Below are positions 1-10,600 of a stretch of 64,000 nt of DNA, piece by piece. How positions within the stretch are numbered: the stretch's first letter is position 1; every line of letters starts with the position of its first letter. The DNA comes from a bacterium (GTDB lineage Bacteria; RBG-13-61-14; DATKZS01): positions 192,001-256,000 of the forward strand of contig CAXXFL010000006.1 in the NCBI GenBank assembly GCA_963674965.2, in the 5' to 3' direction. The notes below the pieces were generated by a model, which did no database searches, had not been told where the DNA came from, and was given only the letters and a program-made list of their open reading frames with translations. The position numbers and the translations under genes were made by a program.

Positions 1-114
1 AATGAGGCCGGAAGTCACGGAAAAATACCCGCCGCTGAAAAATTACAAGCCGTTTTGAGCGAGGACTCCGGATAGGATAATATTATGTTTTGAGTCGATG
101 ATGGGGTATGTAAA

Positions 115-2904
115 ATGAAAATGCGTCTTCGGCACAAGATAACCCTGGCCGTCCTGATCGGCGTGATGATTCCCTCCGCCGGCGGTCTTTATTACGTTTC
201 CCATAAGGCGAGGATCGATCAGTTGGAGACCTTCGTTCGTCAGGGCAGGGTAATGTTCCAGCAGATTCTGATAACCCGCCGCTGGCTTTCGCGCCACGGC
301 GGCGTTTACGTCCGCAAGGATCCCTTCGTCAAGGACAACCCTTTCATGGAGGACGCCAACACCCGCACGGTGGAGGGAGAGCCGATCGTCAAGCGCTCGA
401 CCGACGGGGTCACCAGGGAAATATCGGAAATAGCCGAGGCCGAGGGCGTTTCCCGTTTTCGTCTGACCAGTCTCGACCCTATCAATCCGGCCAGCGCTCC
501 GACCCCCTGGGAAAAGGAGGCGCTGAAAAGCTTCGAGCGCGGTGAAAAGGAGAGCTGGACCATTCGCGGCGAGGGGCCTGAGGCTCATTTCGTTTACATG
601 GCCCCCGTCTTCACGGAGCGGTCCTGTTATAAATGCCACCAGGAATCATCCTACATGGTGGGCCAGGTGCGGGGAGGAATCAGCGTCGAGTTTCCCGTGG
701 GTGAAATGTACGGGGCCTCGAGGGACAAGCTGGCCGCGAACCTTCTTCTTTTATTGCTCGCCGGGTCCTTCGCTCTCCTGGTGCTTTCCCTTGGGGCCAA
801 ATATTTTCTCCTGCGGCCCCTGCTCGCCATCCACTCGGTCATCAAATCCATGGCCTTGGGCGACTTCGAAAGCCCCTTGCAGGTAAAAAGCCAAGACGAG
901 ATCGGCGAGCTGGCCGAGGCGGTCGCGTCCATGCGGGAGACCATCCGCAAGCAGAACGAGATGCTCGAGGGCGAGGTCACGGAGGGGGTCAAGAAGCTCC
1001 AGGAATCGGAGAGGCGTTTCAGGAAAATCTTCGAGTCATCCCGCGACGCGGCCTTTATTCTGGAGGACGGCGTCTTTATCGACTGCAACCAGGCGGCGGT
1101 CAGGGTCTTCGGGGTCGAGGGCAAACAAGACCTTATCGGCCGGGACCCGGGAGATTTCTCCCCCCCCCGCCAGCCGGACGGAAGGGAATCGATCAAGGGA
1201 GCGGCAAGGCATATCAACGCCGCCACGCGAGACGGGTCGCGCTTTTTCGAGTGGGTGCATAAGACCGGAGACGGCCGCCTTTTTCCCTCCGAGGTTTCCC
1301 TCAGCCTCTTCGAGCTGGACGGCAAAAAGGTCCTGCAGGCGGTGATCCGGGACGTCACCGACCGCAAGCGGGCGGAGGAGGAAATACTCGAGGCCAGGCG
1401 GGCGGCGGACGCGGCCAATCAGGCCAAGAGCTCCTTTTTGGCCAACATGAGCCACGAGCTAAGGACGCCGCTTAACCACATCATCGGATACGGCGAGCTC
1501 CTCAAGGAGGAGGCCGAGGACATGGAGGCCGAGGACTTTATCCCGGACCTGGACAAGATCATCTCCTCCGGCAAGGGCCTTTTGAAAATCATCAGCGACG
1601 TCCTCGACCTCGTCAACATGGAGTCGGGTAACCTCAAGCTCGAGGCCTCGGTTTTCAGCGTGAAAAGCGTTTTGGACGCCGTCGCCAATGAACACCGGAC
1701 GGCGGCGGAAAAGAAGGGCCTTACCATCAAGGTCGAAGAGGGAGACGACGCGGGCGAAATGCATCAGGACGCGGAGAGGCTGAGGCAGGTCCTTTCCAAT
1801 CTCGTCTCGAACGCCGTCAAGTTCACGGCGGAAGGCTGGGTAAGGCTGTCGGTCCTCCGGAGCGGCGACATTATCCGGTTCATGGTAACGGACACCGGCG
1901 TGGGCATGAGCCGCGATGAAATGGACAGGATATTCAAGCCCTTTATCCAGGCCGACCTGTCCTCGACCAAGGAGTATGGAGGAGCGGGGCTGGGGCTTTA
2001 CGTCTCCAGGCTCTTCGCCCGGGCCATGGGGGGCGACGTTACCGCGGTCAGCGAAAAGGGAGGGGGAAGCGAGTTCAAGGTTACCCTCCCCGTGAAGGGG
2101 GCCTGGATCAAAGACATGCCCGAGGCCGCCCCGGGCGAGCTCGAGCGGGCGGCCCAGGAGGTCTCGGCCATCCGCAGCCCCAACACGCTCCTGGTCATCG
2201 ACGACGACCCCAGCGTCCTCAAACTGGTGGAGACTTTCGTCAAGAACGACGGCTTTCACGTGGTGACGGCCGCCAGCGGGGAAGAGGGCGTTCGGATGGC
2301 GCTCAGGCACATGCCTACCGTCATTCTCCTCGACGTGCGGCTGCCGGGCATAGATGGATGGAAGACGCTTGAGATAATCAAGCGCAACCCGGCGGCCAGG
2401 AACATACCGGTAATCATCATTTCCGGGGAGGAGGCCAAGGATAAGGCCAGGGAGATGGGGGCCTCCGATTTCCTTCCCAAACCGATCAAAAAGGAAGTCC
2501 TTTTACAAGCCCTGGACGGCTATAAGTTCAAGGACACCAGGGGCCTTGTCCTCATCGCCTTGAAGGACGAGGCCTCGAGGGAGATAATGGCTCACACCGT
2601 GCAAAGGCAAGGGTGGTTCGTCAGCGAGGCCGACGGGGCCAAAACGGCGGCCGAGCGGGTAAAGTCGGACGCTCCCGACCTGGTCGTGGCCGGCCTGGAT
2701 CTGGACGAGCCGGACGGAATTGACGCTATCGCCCGGATCACCGGCGCCGGCGAATCGGAAAAAACGCCGATCCTGGCCATAGCCAACCGGGCGCCCTCCC
2801 CGCGGGAGGAGGAAAGGCTTGGCTCCGCGGGGGTCAAGGTGATGGTTCGAGGGAAGTTCACGCTGGTGGACCTGGTAAACGAAATCGGTCTGATGACGAA
2901 ATGA
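115..2904 (+). CDS. Membrane hybrid sensor histidine kinase: periplasmic heme-c (DUF3365/Tll0287-like) domain, HAMP, PAS, HisKA, HATPase, REC, degenerate second REC
   Basis: Two hydrophobic segments bracket a domain with SCYKCH (CxxCH) followed by GQVRGGISV; HAMP (DEIGELAEAV); H-box FLANMSHELRTPLN; N-box NLVSNAVKFT; G1 DTGVG; G2 YGGAGLGL; REC with VILLDVRLP and FLPKP; the last REC lacks the acidic pocket and the conserved Lys. Confidence 0.92.
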   Translation: MKMRLRHKITLAVLIGVMIPSAGGLYYVSHKARIDQLETFVRQGRVMFQQILITRRWLSRHGGVYVRKDPFVKDNPFMEDANTRTVEGEPIVKRSTDGVTREISEIAEAEGVSRFRLTSLDPINPASAPTPWEKEALKSFERGEKESWTIRGEGPEAHFVYMAPVFTERSCYKCHQESSYMVGQVRGGISVEFPVGEMYGASRDKLAANLLLLLLAGSFALLVLSLGAKYFLLRPLLAIHSVIKSMALGDFESPLQVKSQDEIGELAEAVASMRETIRKQNEMLEGEVTEGVKKLQESERRFRKIFESSRDAAFILEDGVFIDCNQAAVRVFGVEGKQDLIGRDPGDFSPPRQPDGRESIKGAARHINAATRDGSRFFEWVHKTGDGRLFPSEVSLSLFELDGKKVLQAVIRDVTDRKRAEEEILEARRAADAANQAKSSFLANMSHELRTPLNHIIGYGELLKEEAEDMEAEDFIPDLDKIISSGKGLLKIISDVLDLVNMESGNLKLEASVFSVKSVLDAVANEHRTAAEKKGLTIKVEEGDDAGEMHQDAERLRQVLSNLVSNAVKFTAEGWVRLSVLRSGDIIRFMVTDTGVGMSRDEMDRIFKPFIQADLSSTKEYGGAGLGLYVSRLFARAMGGDVTAVSEKGGGSEFKVTLPVKGAWIKDMPEAAPGELERAAQEVSAIRSPNTLLVIDDDPSVLKLVETFVKNDGFHVVTAASGEEGVRMALRHMPTVILLDVRLPGIDGWKTLEIIKRNPAARNIPVIIISGEEAKDKAREMGASDFLPKPIKKEVLLQALDGYKFKDTRGLVLIALKDEASREIMAHTVQRQGWFVSEADGAKTAAERVKSDAPDLVVAGLDLDEPDGIDAIARITGAGESEKTPILAIANRAPSPREEERLGSAGVKVMVRGKFTLVDLVNEIGLMTK

Positions 2905-2934
2905 TATCATTATGGGCCGCCTGGAAATAAAGTC

Positions 2935-5900
2935 ATGAAAAACGAAACCATAATCGACGAGCGCGACCGCCGCCTGCTTTTCGGGGAGGTCGCCCTATCT
3001 CTTCGGCTGGTGACGGCCGATGAGCTTGAGAGGGCCAGAAGCGCCTTCTCCCGTGACCCCTCCCTTTCCCTCGAGGGAATGATCTGCGGTGAGGGCGAGG
3101 CCGGGGTGGAGCGCCGGGCGCTCATCGAGAAACTGGTGGATTGGAAAATTCAGGACAGCGGCAACGACGCCTCGGCGGCCCTGTCCGCCTTTGTTTCCTC
3201 CGGCGGCTCCTACGCGACGGCGCTGGTGAGAGGCTCGTTGGACGCCACGGCCCGGACCATCGACGCGGTGAACGGCACCTTGCCCCTTGACGGGGACGAG
3301 GCGGTTTTCGCCGACTCGGGCGATCGGAACAAGCGGCCGGGCCTGGTGGTGGACCCGGAGACGAGATACACCATCAAGAGCGAGCAAGGCAGGGGCCAGA
3401 TCGGCGTGGTCTCTCTGGCGGTGGACGAGCACATCGGCCGGGAGGTGGCCCTTAAGGAACTCCTGGTCTATAACGACGACTTTGACGGCGGCCCGAAGAA
3501 ACCGAGCATACGTGCCATGGACCGCTTTTTGCGCGAGGCCCGGATCACGGCGCAGCTCAATCATCCCTCCATCGTTCCCGTCTACGATATAGCCAACCGC
3601 TCCGGCGGGGCGCCCTATTACACCATGAGGCTGGTGAGGGGCAAGACCATGGGCGACACCCTCTCGGGCTACAAGGACATTTCCGAGAGGCTCCAGATGC
3701 TGCCCGCGTTCCTGGACATCTGCTACGCCATGGCCTACGCCCACTCGCAAGGAGTTATACATCGGGACCTCAAGCCCGACAACGTGCTCATCGGCAAGTA
3801 CGGAGAAACCGTCGTGCTCGACTGGGGACTGGCCAAGGCAAGGGGCGTGGCGGACATAAGCTCGGGCAAGATCGAGGTGGACGAGAAGATCCTGGGCTCG
3901 GGCGGGATATTCGCCACCGTGGCGGGACATCCTCTCGGCACTCCCTGCTACATGAGCCCCGAGCAGGCACAGGGCCGCATCGACGACGTCAATGAAAGGA
4001 GCGACGTCTGGAGCCTGGGCGCCATACTATACGAGCTTCTTACCGGCCGGCCGCCCTTTTTAGGCGGCAACGCCTTCGAGGTCATCAAGAAGGTCATTCG
4101 GGACCCACTGCGTCCCATCGAGGAATTATGCCCCGAGGCCCCGCCCGAGCTTCAGGCCATAGCCGGGAAGTGCCTGGAAAAAGACCCGCTCCTTCGCTAC
4201 GCCAACGCGGGAGAGGTGGCGGACGACGTGGCCGAGGTGGTCCAGGTCCTGTTCGGCCCCATGTCCTTCATCCAGGTGCGGGAGGAGAAGAACCAGGCCA
4301 TCGAGGCGCGCCGCGTGGCCGAGGAACAAAGGAAGATCGCGGAGGAACAGCGGGAACTGGCCCAGGCCAGGGAACTGATCGCTCGCAAGGCCCTGGCCGA
4401 GGCCTATTACCAGTACGGCCTCCGGGCGGAGCAGAGAAAAAGATGGAACGACGCCCGCGTGTATTTCGCCAAGGCCATGTTTTTCGACGGCCGGGAGGAA
4501 GCCAGGTCCGGGCTGGCCCGCGAGGCGGCGAGGCCCATGAGGTTTTTCAACCGCGTCTCGATCAAGGCCCATGAAGACGAGGTGACGGCGGCGCGTTTCT
4601 CCGGCGACGGTAAGCTACTGGCCACGGGCGGCAAGGATAAGACGGCCAAGATATGGCGGGTGAAGGACGGAAGTCCCACCGGCGTCGAGATGAAGCACGA
4701 CGACTGGGTCAACGACCTGGACTTCTCGCCGGACGCAAAGCGCGTAATAACCTGCTCCTCCGAGGCCATCTTCCTGTGGAACGCCCAGACCGGGGAGATG
4801 ATACGCCGGATATCCGGACACGAGAGCGAGGTGAGCGGCGTGAGGTTCACGCCCGACGGCCAAAAGGCCCTCTCCAGCAGCCTCGACCTGACTCTCAAGC
4901 TTTGGGACCTCGATTCGGGCGAGTGTCTTTTTACCATGTCCGGCCACGAGGACATGGTTACCTGCCTGGACATATCCTCCGACTCGAGCCTGGCCGCCTC
5001 GGGCGGATGGGACAAGAGCGTCAGGATATGGTCCCTTAAAACCGGCGCGCTCGAGAACGTCCTGGCCGGGCACGGCGACGAGGTCAACTCCGTCGCCTTC
5101 GACGGGCAGGGAAAGACCCTGGTCTCGGCCGGCGCCGACGGCGCGATCCTGGTATGGGACCTGACCAGGGATTTCCCACCTCCAGCCGAGCTGCCGGGGG
5201 ACTCGGAGATTAAAGCCGTCTCGGTCGGCCCCGGCGGGACCATACTGGCGGCCGAGTCGTCGGGATGGATCGGGGTCTGGCCGGGGGGCGGGGGGGAAAA
5301 GCTTTGCGCTCTTCGCGGCCACTCGGGCGGGGTCGAGGCCCTTCATTTCAGCGGGGACGGGAAACTTGCCGTCTCGGCGGGGGCCGACGGAGCCGCCCGC
5401 CTCTGGGAGATCGTCCGCTCCAACGCGGTCACCGAGTATCGGGACCGTGCCGGCGAGATATCCGCGGCGGCTTTCTCGCCCGACGGCAAAGCCGTGGCCT
5501 CGAGCGGGCAGGACCGCAAGATTCGCGTGCATTTTCTCGGCCGGGAGCGGAAAGACCTTACCCTTTCCGGACACGAGGCCCCGGTTTCATCCCTGTCCTT
5601 CTCGCCCCGGGGCGACCTTCTGGCCTCGGGAAGCTGGGACGACTCGGCCCGACTATGGTCGCTGAGCGACGGCCAATGCGTCGCCGTTTGCGAGGGACAT
5701 GAGGGCGGCGGGGTCATGCTGGCCGAGTTCAAGGACGGCGGCGAGAAACTTCTGACCGTGAGCTACGACAACCTGGTCAAGTTGTGGTCCTCGAGCGACG
5801 GCTCCGCCCTCAAGACCTACCGGACCCGGACGCGCGAGATATCCTCCGCCCGCTATTGTGAGGCCCGCGACGTTTTACTGGTGGGAAGCTGCGCCCGCAA

Positions 5901-6423
5901 GGAGGGCTTAAGGTGCCTGGCGGGCGAGACTTCCCTCCATGCCCTGGCGCACGACGAGCCGATGGGCGCCTTTGCCGGCCACGCCGACGCGGTAAGGTGC
6001 GTGGCCGTCTCGGCGGATGGAAAGCGCGCGATCACGGGCGGCGGAGATTCCCTTCTGGTCTGGGACGGCGAGACGGGCCGGACCCTTCGCGAGCTTCGGG
6101 GACACAAGGCGACGCTCCGGGCGGTGGACGCGTCCGCCGACGGGAGTAGGGCCGTTTCCGGTGACGACGACGGCGCCATAAAGCTGTGGGACCTGGAGAC
6201 CGGGGCCTGTCTTCTCACCTTCGCCGGCCACGAGGGACCGGTGCTGTCGGTCCGGTTCGCGCCGGACGGAAAAAGCTTCGTCTCGGGCTCGAAGGACAAG
6301 ACCACCCGGGTCTGGCGAATCCCGGAGGACCTGCTGGATAAAGAGGGAGAAGATATTTTCGAGACGGCCGGCCTCGAGACGGGCATGGTCCTGGACGGCT
6401 TTTTCCTTGCGCCGCGGAAGTAG
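2935..6423 (+). CDS. Hanks-type Ser/Thr protein kinase with C-terminal WD40 repeats
   Basis: VALKE, RFLREARITAQLNHPSIV, HRDLKPDN, DWGLAK, YMSPEQ, SDVWSLG; coiled-coil linker; many GH...WD/WR repeats, enough for about two beta-propellers. Confidence 0.95.
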   Translation: MKNETIIDERDRRLLFGEVALSLRLVTADELERARSAFSRDPSLSLEGMICGEGEAGVERRALIEKLVDWKIQDSGNDASAALSAFVSSGGSYATALVRGSLDATARTIDAVNGTLPLDGDEAVFADSGDRNKRPGLVVDPETRYTIKSEQGRGQIGVVSLAVDEHIGREVALKELLVYNDDFDGGPKKPSIRAMDRFLREARITAQLNHPSIVPVYDIANRSGGAPYYTMRLVRGKTMGDTLSGYKDISERLQMLPAFLDICYAMAYAHSQGVIHRDLKPDNVLIGKYGETVVLDWGLAKARGVADISSGKIEVDEKILGSGGIFATVAGHPLGTPCYMSPEQAQGRIDDVNERSDVWSLGAILYELLTGRPPFLGGNAFEVIKKVIRDPLRPIEELCPEAPPELQAIAGKCLEKDPLLRYANAGEVADDVAEVVQVLFGPMSFIQVREEKNQAIEARRVAEEQRKIAEEQRELAQARELIARKALAEAYYQYGLRAEQRKRWNDARVYFAKAMFFDGREEARSGLAREAARPMRFFNRVSIKAHEDEVTAARFSGDGKLLATGGKDKTAKIWRVKDGSPTGVEMKHDDWVNDLDFSPDAKRVITCSSEAIFLWNAQTGEMIRRISGHESEVSGVRFTPDGQKALSSSLDLTLKLWDLDSGECLFTMSGHEDMVTCLDISSDSSLAASGGWDKSVRIWSLKTGALENVLAGHGDEVNSVAFDGQGKTLVSAGADGAILVWDLTRDFPPPAELPGDSEIKAVSVGPGGTILAAESSGWIGVWPGGGGEKLCALRGHSGGVEALHFSGDGKLAVSAGADGAARLWEIVRSNAVTEYRDRAGEISAAAFSPDGKAVASSGQDRKIRVHFLGRERKDLTLSGHEAPVSSLSFSPRGDLLASGSWDDSARLWSLSDGQCVAVCEGHEGGGVMLAEFKDGGEKLLTVSYDNLVKLWSSSDGSALKTYRTRTREISSARYCEARDVLLVGSCARKEGLRCLAGETSLHALAHDEPMGAFAGHADAVRCVAVSADGKRAITGGGDSLLVWDGETGRTLRELRGHKATLRAVDASADGSRAVSGDDDGAIKLWDLETGACLLTFAGHEGPVLSVRFAPDGKSFVSGSKDKTTRVWRIPEDLLDKEGEDIFETAGLETGMVLDGFFLAPRK

Positions 6424-6431
6424 GCCCCCAC

Positions 6432-8594
6432 TTATCCCGTGACCCGAATGACCTCCTCGAGCGAGGTTATCCCCATGGACGCCTTGGTCAGGCCGTCGCG
6501 GCGGAGCGTGGACATTTCCAGGCTCTCGATGGCGTAGTTCCGCAGGTCGTCCACCCCGGCCCCGCCGATGATCATCTTGCGGATGACCGGGTCCATGACC
6601 AGAATCTCCATGGCCCCGGCCCGTCCCTTATACCCGGTCCCGTTGCATCTCTCGCACCCGACGGGTTCCCAGAACTCGGACCCCGCCTCCGGCTGGAAGC
6701 CGTACTTTTGCAGTTTTTCCTCGTCGATCTCGGCCGGCTTTTTACAGAAGGTGCAGAGCTTTCGAAGGAGTCTTTGCGCCTGCACCATCTCGAGGGCGGA
6801 GGCCACGAGGAAGGAGTCGATGCCCATGTCCACCAGCCTGACGATGGTGGAGGGCGAGTCGTTGGTGTGCAGGGTCGAGAGCACCAGGTGGCCGGTAAGG
6901 GCGGCCTTGATGGCGATGTCGGCGGTTTCGAGGTCCCTGATTTCTCCCACCATGACGATGTCGGGGTCCTGCCTCAATATCGAGCGCAGGGCCGCGGGAA
7001 AGGTGAGGCCCGCGTCCACGTTAACCTGCACCTGGGTAATGCGGTGGAGCTCGTTCTCGATGGGGTCCTCGACGGTGATGATGTTCTTGTTCGGCTCGTT
7101 CAGCGCCTGGAGGGCTGAGTACAGGGTGGTGGTCTTGCCCGAGCCGGTGGGACCGGTGACGAGCAGTATTCCGTATGGTTTTCGGATGCTTTCCTCGAAG
7201 AGCCGCAGGGAGGCGCCCATCAGTCCCAGCGACTCGAAGTCCAGGGACATGGCGCTGTTGTCGACAATCCTGATCACCACTTTCTCGCCGTAGCGGGAAG
7301 GCAAGGTGGAGACACGGAGGTCCACGGTGCGTCCCTTGAAGGTGATCCGTATTCTTCCGTCCTGGGGTATTCTCCTGTTGGCGATATCGAGTTCCGCCAT
7401 GATCTTGAATCGGGAAACGACGGCGGCGGCCATGTTCTTGGGGACGGGGTCCATCTCGTTGAGCATGCCGTCGATCCGGTATCTGATTCCCAGGCAGTGC
7501 CGGCGCGGCTCGACGTGGAGGTCCGAGGCCCCCATGGCCACGGCCCTGGCCAGTATCTCGTTGGCCTTTTTGACCACTGGCGGCTCGTCCGCCCCCTCGG
7601 CCAGGACGCGCTCGTCAAGGTGGTCATCCGTCTCGGCCCGGACGGTCTTGAGCTCGGCCGCGGCCTGGAGGTCGGCCTTATCGGCCGCGGGGGCCTTCCG
7701 GATCAGGGTGACCTCGTCCTCGGACTTGTCGCCGAAAAGAGGAACGATGTTTTCGGGCTCGGTCACCACCACCCTGAACTCCCGGCCCTGCTCGGAAAAG
7801 CGGTTGAGCGCGTCGGTAAGCTGGAGGTCGAAGGGGTTGGAGAGGGCAAAGGAAGTGTCGTGGGCCGCGTCGCAAAGCGCCACCACCAGGTTCGACCGGC
7901 AAAAGCGGGTGGGCAACACGCCCAGCTTGACGTCCTTGGGATTGACGTAGGACAAATAGGGGAGCTTTTTGAAGTCGGCCAGAAGCTGGGCCGCGGCGGA
8001 GGTCTTAACCTCCAGCTCCCGGCAAACGTCGTAAAGACGCCTGGGAGCTGCGGCCTCGAGCTTCTTCCTGCCCTCCCCCTCCAGGCCCATCTGGGCCGCG
8101 AGAAAGGCCTTGAACTGGCCGAAGTCCCGCGCCCCGCCCGGGCGCTCCGGCGCGGCCTCGGGGACTTCATCCTTCACCCCGAGCTCCTCCCACTGGCTGC
8201 TGGTGCTGAGGTGGGACTTGATCTTCTCGAGAAGGTTGTCCTTTTTAATGGGTTTGACCAGGTAGTCGGCCGCGCCCACGGCGAAGGCCTTGGCCTTGTC
8301 CCGCTCCTCGCCCAGGGCCGTGGCGAAGATGACGGGTATATAGGCCGCCTCGTCGTTTTCCTGTATCTTGGCGCAGACCTCGTAGCCGGTCATGCCCGGC
8401 ATCATGACGTCGAGGAGGATAAGGTCCGGCTTGATGGTCTTCAGTTTTTCAAGTGCCTCCTCGCCGCTTGCCGCGAACTCGACGCCGTAGCCGCCCTTTT
8501 TAAGGTAGAGCTCGATGATCTTCTGAATCCGTTTATCGTCGTCAACCGACAGCACCAGGGGCTTTCGGTCCTTATCCGCCGTATTCTCGGACAT
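6432..8594 (-). CDS. PilB/GspE-family secretion ATPase with N-terminal receiver (REC) domain
   Basis: N-terminal REC (VDDD, LILLDVMMP, YLVKP); ASDLHVEP, IRYRIDG, Walker A GPTGSGKTT, Asp box TVEDPIE, Walker B DIVMVGEIRD, His box GHLVLSTLH, Zn motif CTFC...CERC. Confidence 0.93.
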   Translation of the reverse strand: MSENTADKDRKPLVLSVDDDKRIQKIIELYLKKGGYGVEFAASGEEALEKLKTIKPDLILLDVMMPGMTGYEVCAKIQENDEAAYIPVIFATALGEERDKAKAFAVGAADYLVKPIKKDNLLEKIKSHLSTSSQWEELGVKDEVPEAAPERPGGARDFGQFKAFLAAQMGLEGEGRKKLEAAAPRRLYDVCRELEVKTSAAAQLLADFKKLPYLSYVNPKDVKLGVLPTRFCRSNLVVALCDAAHDTSFALSNPFDLQLTDALNRFSEQGREFRVVVTEPENIVPLFGDKSEDEVTLIRKAPAADKADLQAAAELKTVRAETDDHLDERVLAEGADEPPVVKKANEILARAVAMGASDLHVEPRRHCLGIRYRIDGMLNEMDPVPKNMAAAVVSRFKIMAELDIANRRIPQDGRIRITFKGRTVDLRVSTLPSRYGEKVVIRIVDNSAMSLDFESLGLMGASLRLFEESIRKPYGILLVTGPTGSGKTTTLYSALQALNEPNKNIITVEDPIENELHRITQVQVNVDAGLTFPAALRSILRQDPDIVMVGEIRDLETADIAIKAALTGHLVLSTLHTNDSPSTIVRLVDMGIDSFLVASALEMVQAQRLLRKLCTFCKKPAEIDEEKLQKYGFQPEAGSEFWEPVGCERCNGTGYKGRAGAMEILVMDPVIRKMIIGGAGVDDLRNYAIESLEMSTLRRDGLTKASMGITSLEEVIRVTG

Positions 8595-8625
8595 GGGTCC
8601 TCCTTGCTTTGGGTCCCAAAGGGCT

Positions 8626-8931
8626 TTATTCGTACGCTATCTCCACCCGGGCCAGGTAATCCTCGAGGCGGGCGACCAGGGCCGCCACTCCGTCGATGGA
8701 GCCGGTCTTGGCCAGGTTCTCGATCTTGGCCCCGATCTCGGAAATCTCGTCGAAGCCGTAGCCGCCACCGCTTCCCTTCAGGGAGTGGCCTATGGAGCGG
8801 GCCTTTCCCGCGTCTCCCGCTTCCACCGCCGCCTTGAGGCCTTCCACGTCGGCCAAGGTCATCTCCATGAAATCCGGTATCAGTTCCTCCAGGTCGGCGT
8901 CGACTATCACCTTGATTTTTTCTTCAGCCAT
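8626..8931 (-). CDS. Stand-alone Hpt (histidine phosphotransfer) protein
   Basis: GHSLKGSGGGYG Hpt motif; start uncertain (8931 MAEEK or 8943; ORF track starts at 8964). Confidence 0.88.
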   Translation of the reverse strand: MAEEKIKVIVDADLEELIPDFMEMTLADVEGLKAAVEAGDAGKARSIGHSLKGSGGGYGFDEISEIGAKIENLAKTGSIDGVAALVARLEDYLARVEIAYE

Positions 8932-8991
8932 TTCCTCTTCCATCCTCTCTCGATTTTTGCACAATCCCCCCTGGAACTCATTCTGGGCGAA

Positions 8992-10599
8992 TTACTCCAG
9001 GGCGAATTCCTCCAGGGCCTTCATCAAGCGGTCCTTTTTTATCGGCTTGGTCAAGTGTCCGTTGCAACCCGCGTCGAGGCTCTGGCGAAAGTGCTCGCCC
9101 ATAGCGTGGGCGGTTAAGGCGACGATGGGCGTGGACTTTTTATCGTTTTCCGCCTCCCATTGTCTGATGGTTTTGGTGGCGGTCAGTCCATCCATGACCG
9201 GCATCTGGATATCCATGAGGACGAGGTCGAAGCTCGAGGCCTTGAACTTGTCCACGGCGGCCTGGCCGTCCTCCGCCTCCTCCAGGGTATGGGCGGTCTT
9301 TTTCAGAAAGGCCTTGATCAGCATCCGGTTCTGGGGGGTGTCGTCCACGAGCAGGATGTGAAGCGGCCTCTCCTTGGGGCCGCTTCCCGCGGGGGAAGGC
9401 GGCGCGGCTTTTTCCGACGGCCCGGGAGAGGCGGCCTCGGCGGCCGGCCCCGCTTCTTCCTCACTCTTGGCGGCCACTTTCAATAGGGGCGTAAAGATGA
9501 AGCTCGATCCCTGGCCCACCTCGCTCTCGACCCAAATCCTTCCGCCCATGAGCTCGGCCAGTCTCTTGCAGATGGCCAGTCCCAGTCCAGTGCCCCCGTA
9601 CTTCCTGGTGGTCGAGGAGTCGGCCTGGCTGAATTTATCGAAGATGGCTTCCAGCCTGTCCGCCGGAATCCCGATGCCCGTGTCGGTCACGCTGATACGG
9701 AGGGCGCCGTCATCCTCCCTCTCCGGGTCCCTGGCGATGGAGACGGTTATGCCTCCCTTCTCGGTGAACTTGACCGCGTTTCCCACCAGGTTGATGATGA
9801 TCTGTCTGAGCCTGGTCGGGTCTCCCATGACTTTAGCGGGAAGTCCCTCGGCCATCTCGCATTTGAGGTCCAGGTTTTTTTCCTGGACCCTGACGTCCAT
9901 AATCCGGCAGGTCTTGTTGGCCAGGTCGGCCAGGTCGAACTCGATCTCCTCGAGCTCGAGGTGTCCGGCCTCGATTTTCGAGAGGTCCAAAACGTCGTTA
10001 ATAAGGGCCAGTAGCGTCTCGCCCGCGGACTTGAGCACGTTGGCGAACTCGCGCTGCTCGTCGTCGAGCCCGGTTTCCATGAGGAGCTCGCTCATTCCGA
10101 TGATGGCGTTCATGGGGGTCCGAATCTCGTGGCTCATGCTGGCCAGGAACTCGCTTTTGGCGTTCGAGGCGGCCAGGGCCTGCTCCCTAGCCCTGGAGAG
10201 GTCCTCTTGAAGCCTCTTGAGCTGCATCTGGGTCCGGGTCCGGGCCATGGCGATCTGGAAGTCCACCGGCTTGGTGACGTAGTCGTTGGCCCCAACTTGC
10301 AGGGCCTTGACCAGGTCGTCGGTCTCTCCCTTGGCCGTGACCATGATCACGGGCAGTTCCATGAGCGAGTAATCCTTGCGCAGGGTCTCGAGCACCTCGA
10401 TGCCGTCGATGCCCGGCATCATGACGTCGAGGAGGACCACGTCGTACTTTTCCGGCGCGATCATGTCGAGGGCCTCTTGACCGTCGACGGCTATGTCCAC
10501 CTCGTAGCCTCTTCTCTTGAAGCGGCGCGAGAGCATGTCGCGGTTCATCTCATTATCGTCGACGATGAGGATGTGGCCCTCTTCCTTGTCCCAGCTCAT
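8992..10599 (-). CDS. Cytoplasmic hybrid histidine kinase REC-HisKA-HATPase-REC
   Basis: N-terminal REC ([13 protein letters not shown]); H-box [38 protein letters not shown]-terminal REC ([14 protein letters not shown]). Confidence 0.95.
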   Translation of the reverse strand: MSWDKEEGHILIVDDNEMNRDMLSRRFKRRGYEVDIAVDGQEALDMIAPEKYDVVLLDVMMPGIDGIEVLETLRKDYSLMELPVIMVTAKGETDDLVKALQVGANDYVTKPVDFQIAMARTRTQMQLKRLQEDLSRAREQALAASNAKSEFLASMSHEIRTPMNAIIGMSELLMETGLDDEQREFANVLKSAGETLLALINDVLDLSKIEAGHLELEEIEFDLADLANKTCRIMDVRVQEKNLDLKCEMAEGLPAKVMGDPTRLRQIIINLVGNAVKFTEKGGITVSIARDPEREDDGALRISVTDTGIGIPADRLEAIFDKFSQADSSTTRKYGGTGLGLAICKRLAELMGGRIWVESEVGQGSSFIFTPLLKVAAKSEEEAGPAAEAASPGPSEKAAPPSPAGSGPKERPLHILLVDDTPQNRMLIKAFLKKTAHTLEEAEDGQAAVDKFKASSFDLVLMDIQMPVMDGLTATKTIRQWEAENDKKSTPIVALTAHAMGEHFRQSLDAGCNGHLTKPIKKDRLMKALEEFALE

Positions 10600-10600
10600 G

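Noticed and set aside
4560-6330. Repetitive sequence in the kinase gene as a tandem repeat or CRISPR array
   Set aside because: These are diverged protein-level WD40 repeats; I saw no identical repeat-spacer array anywhere in the window
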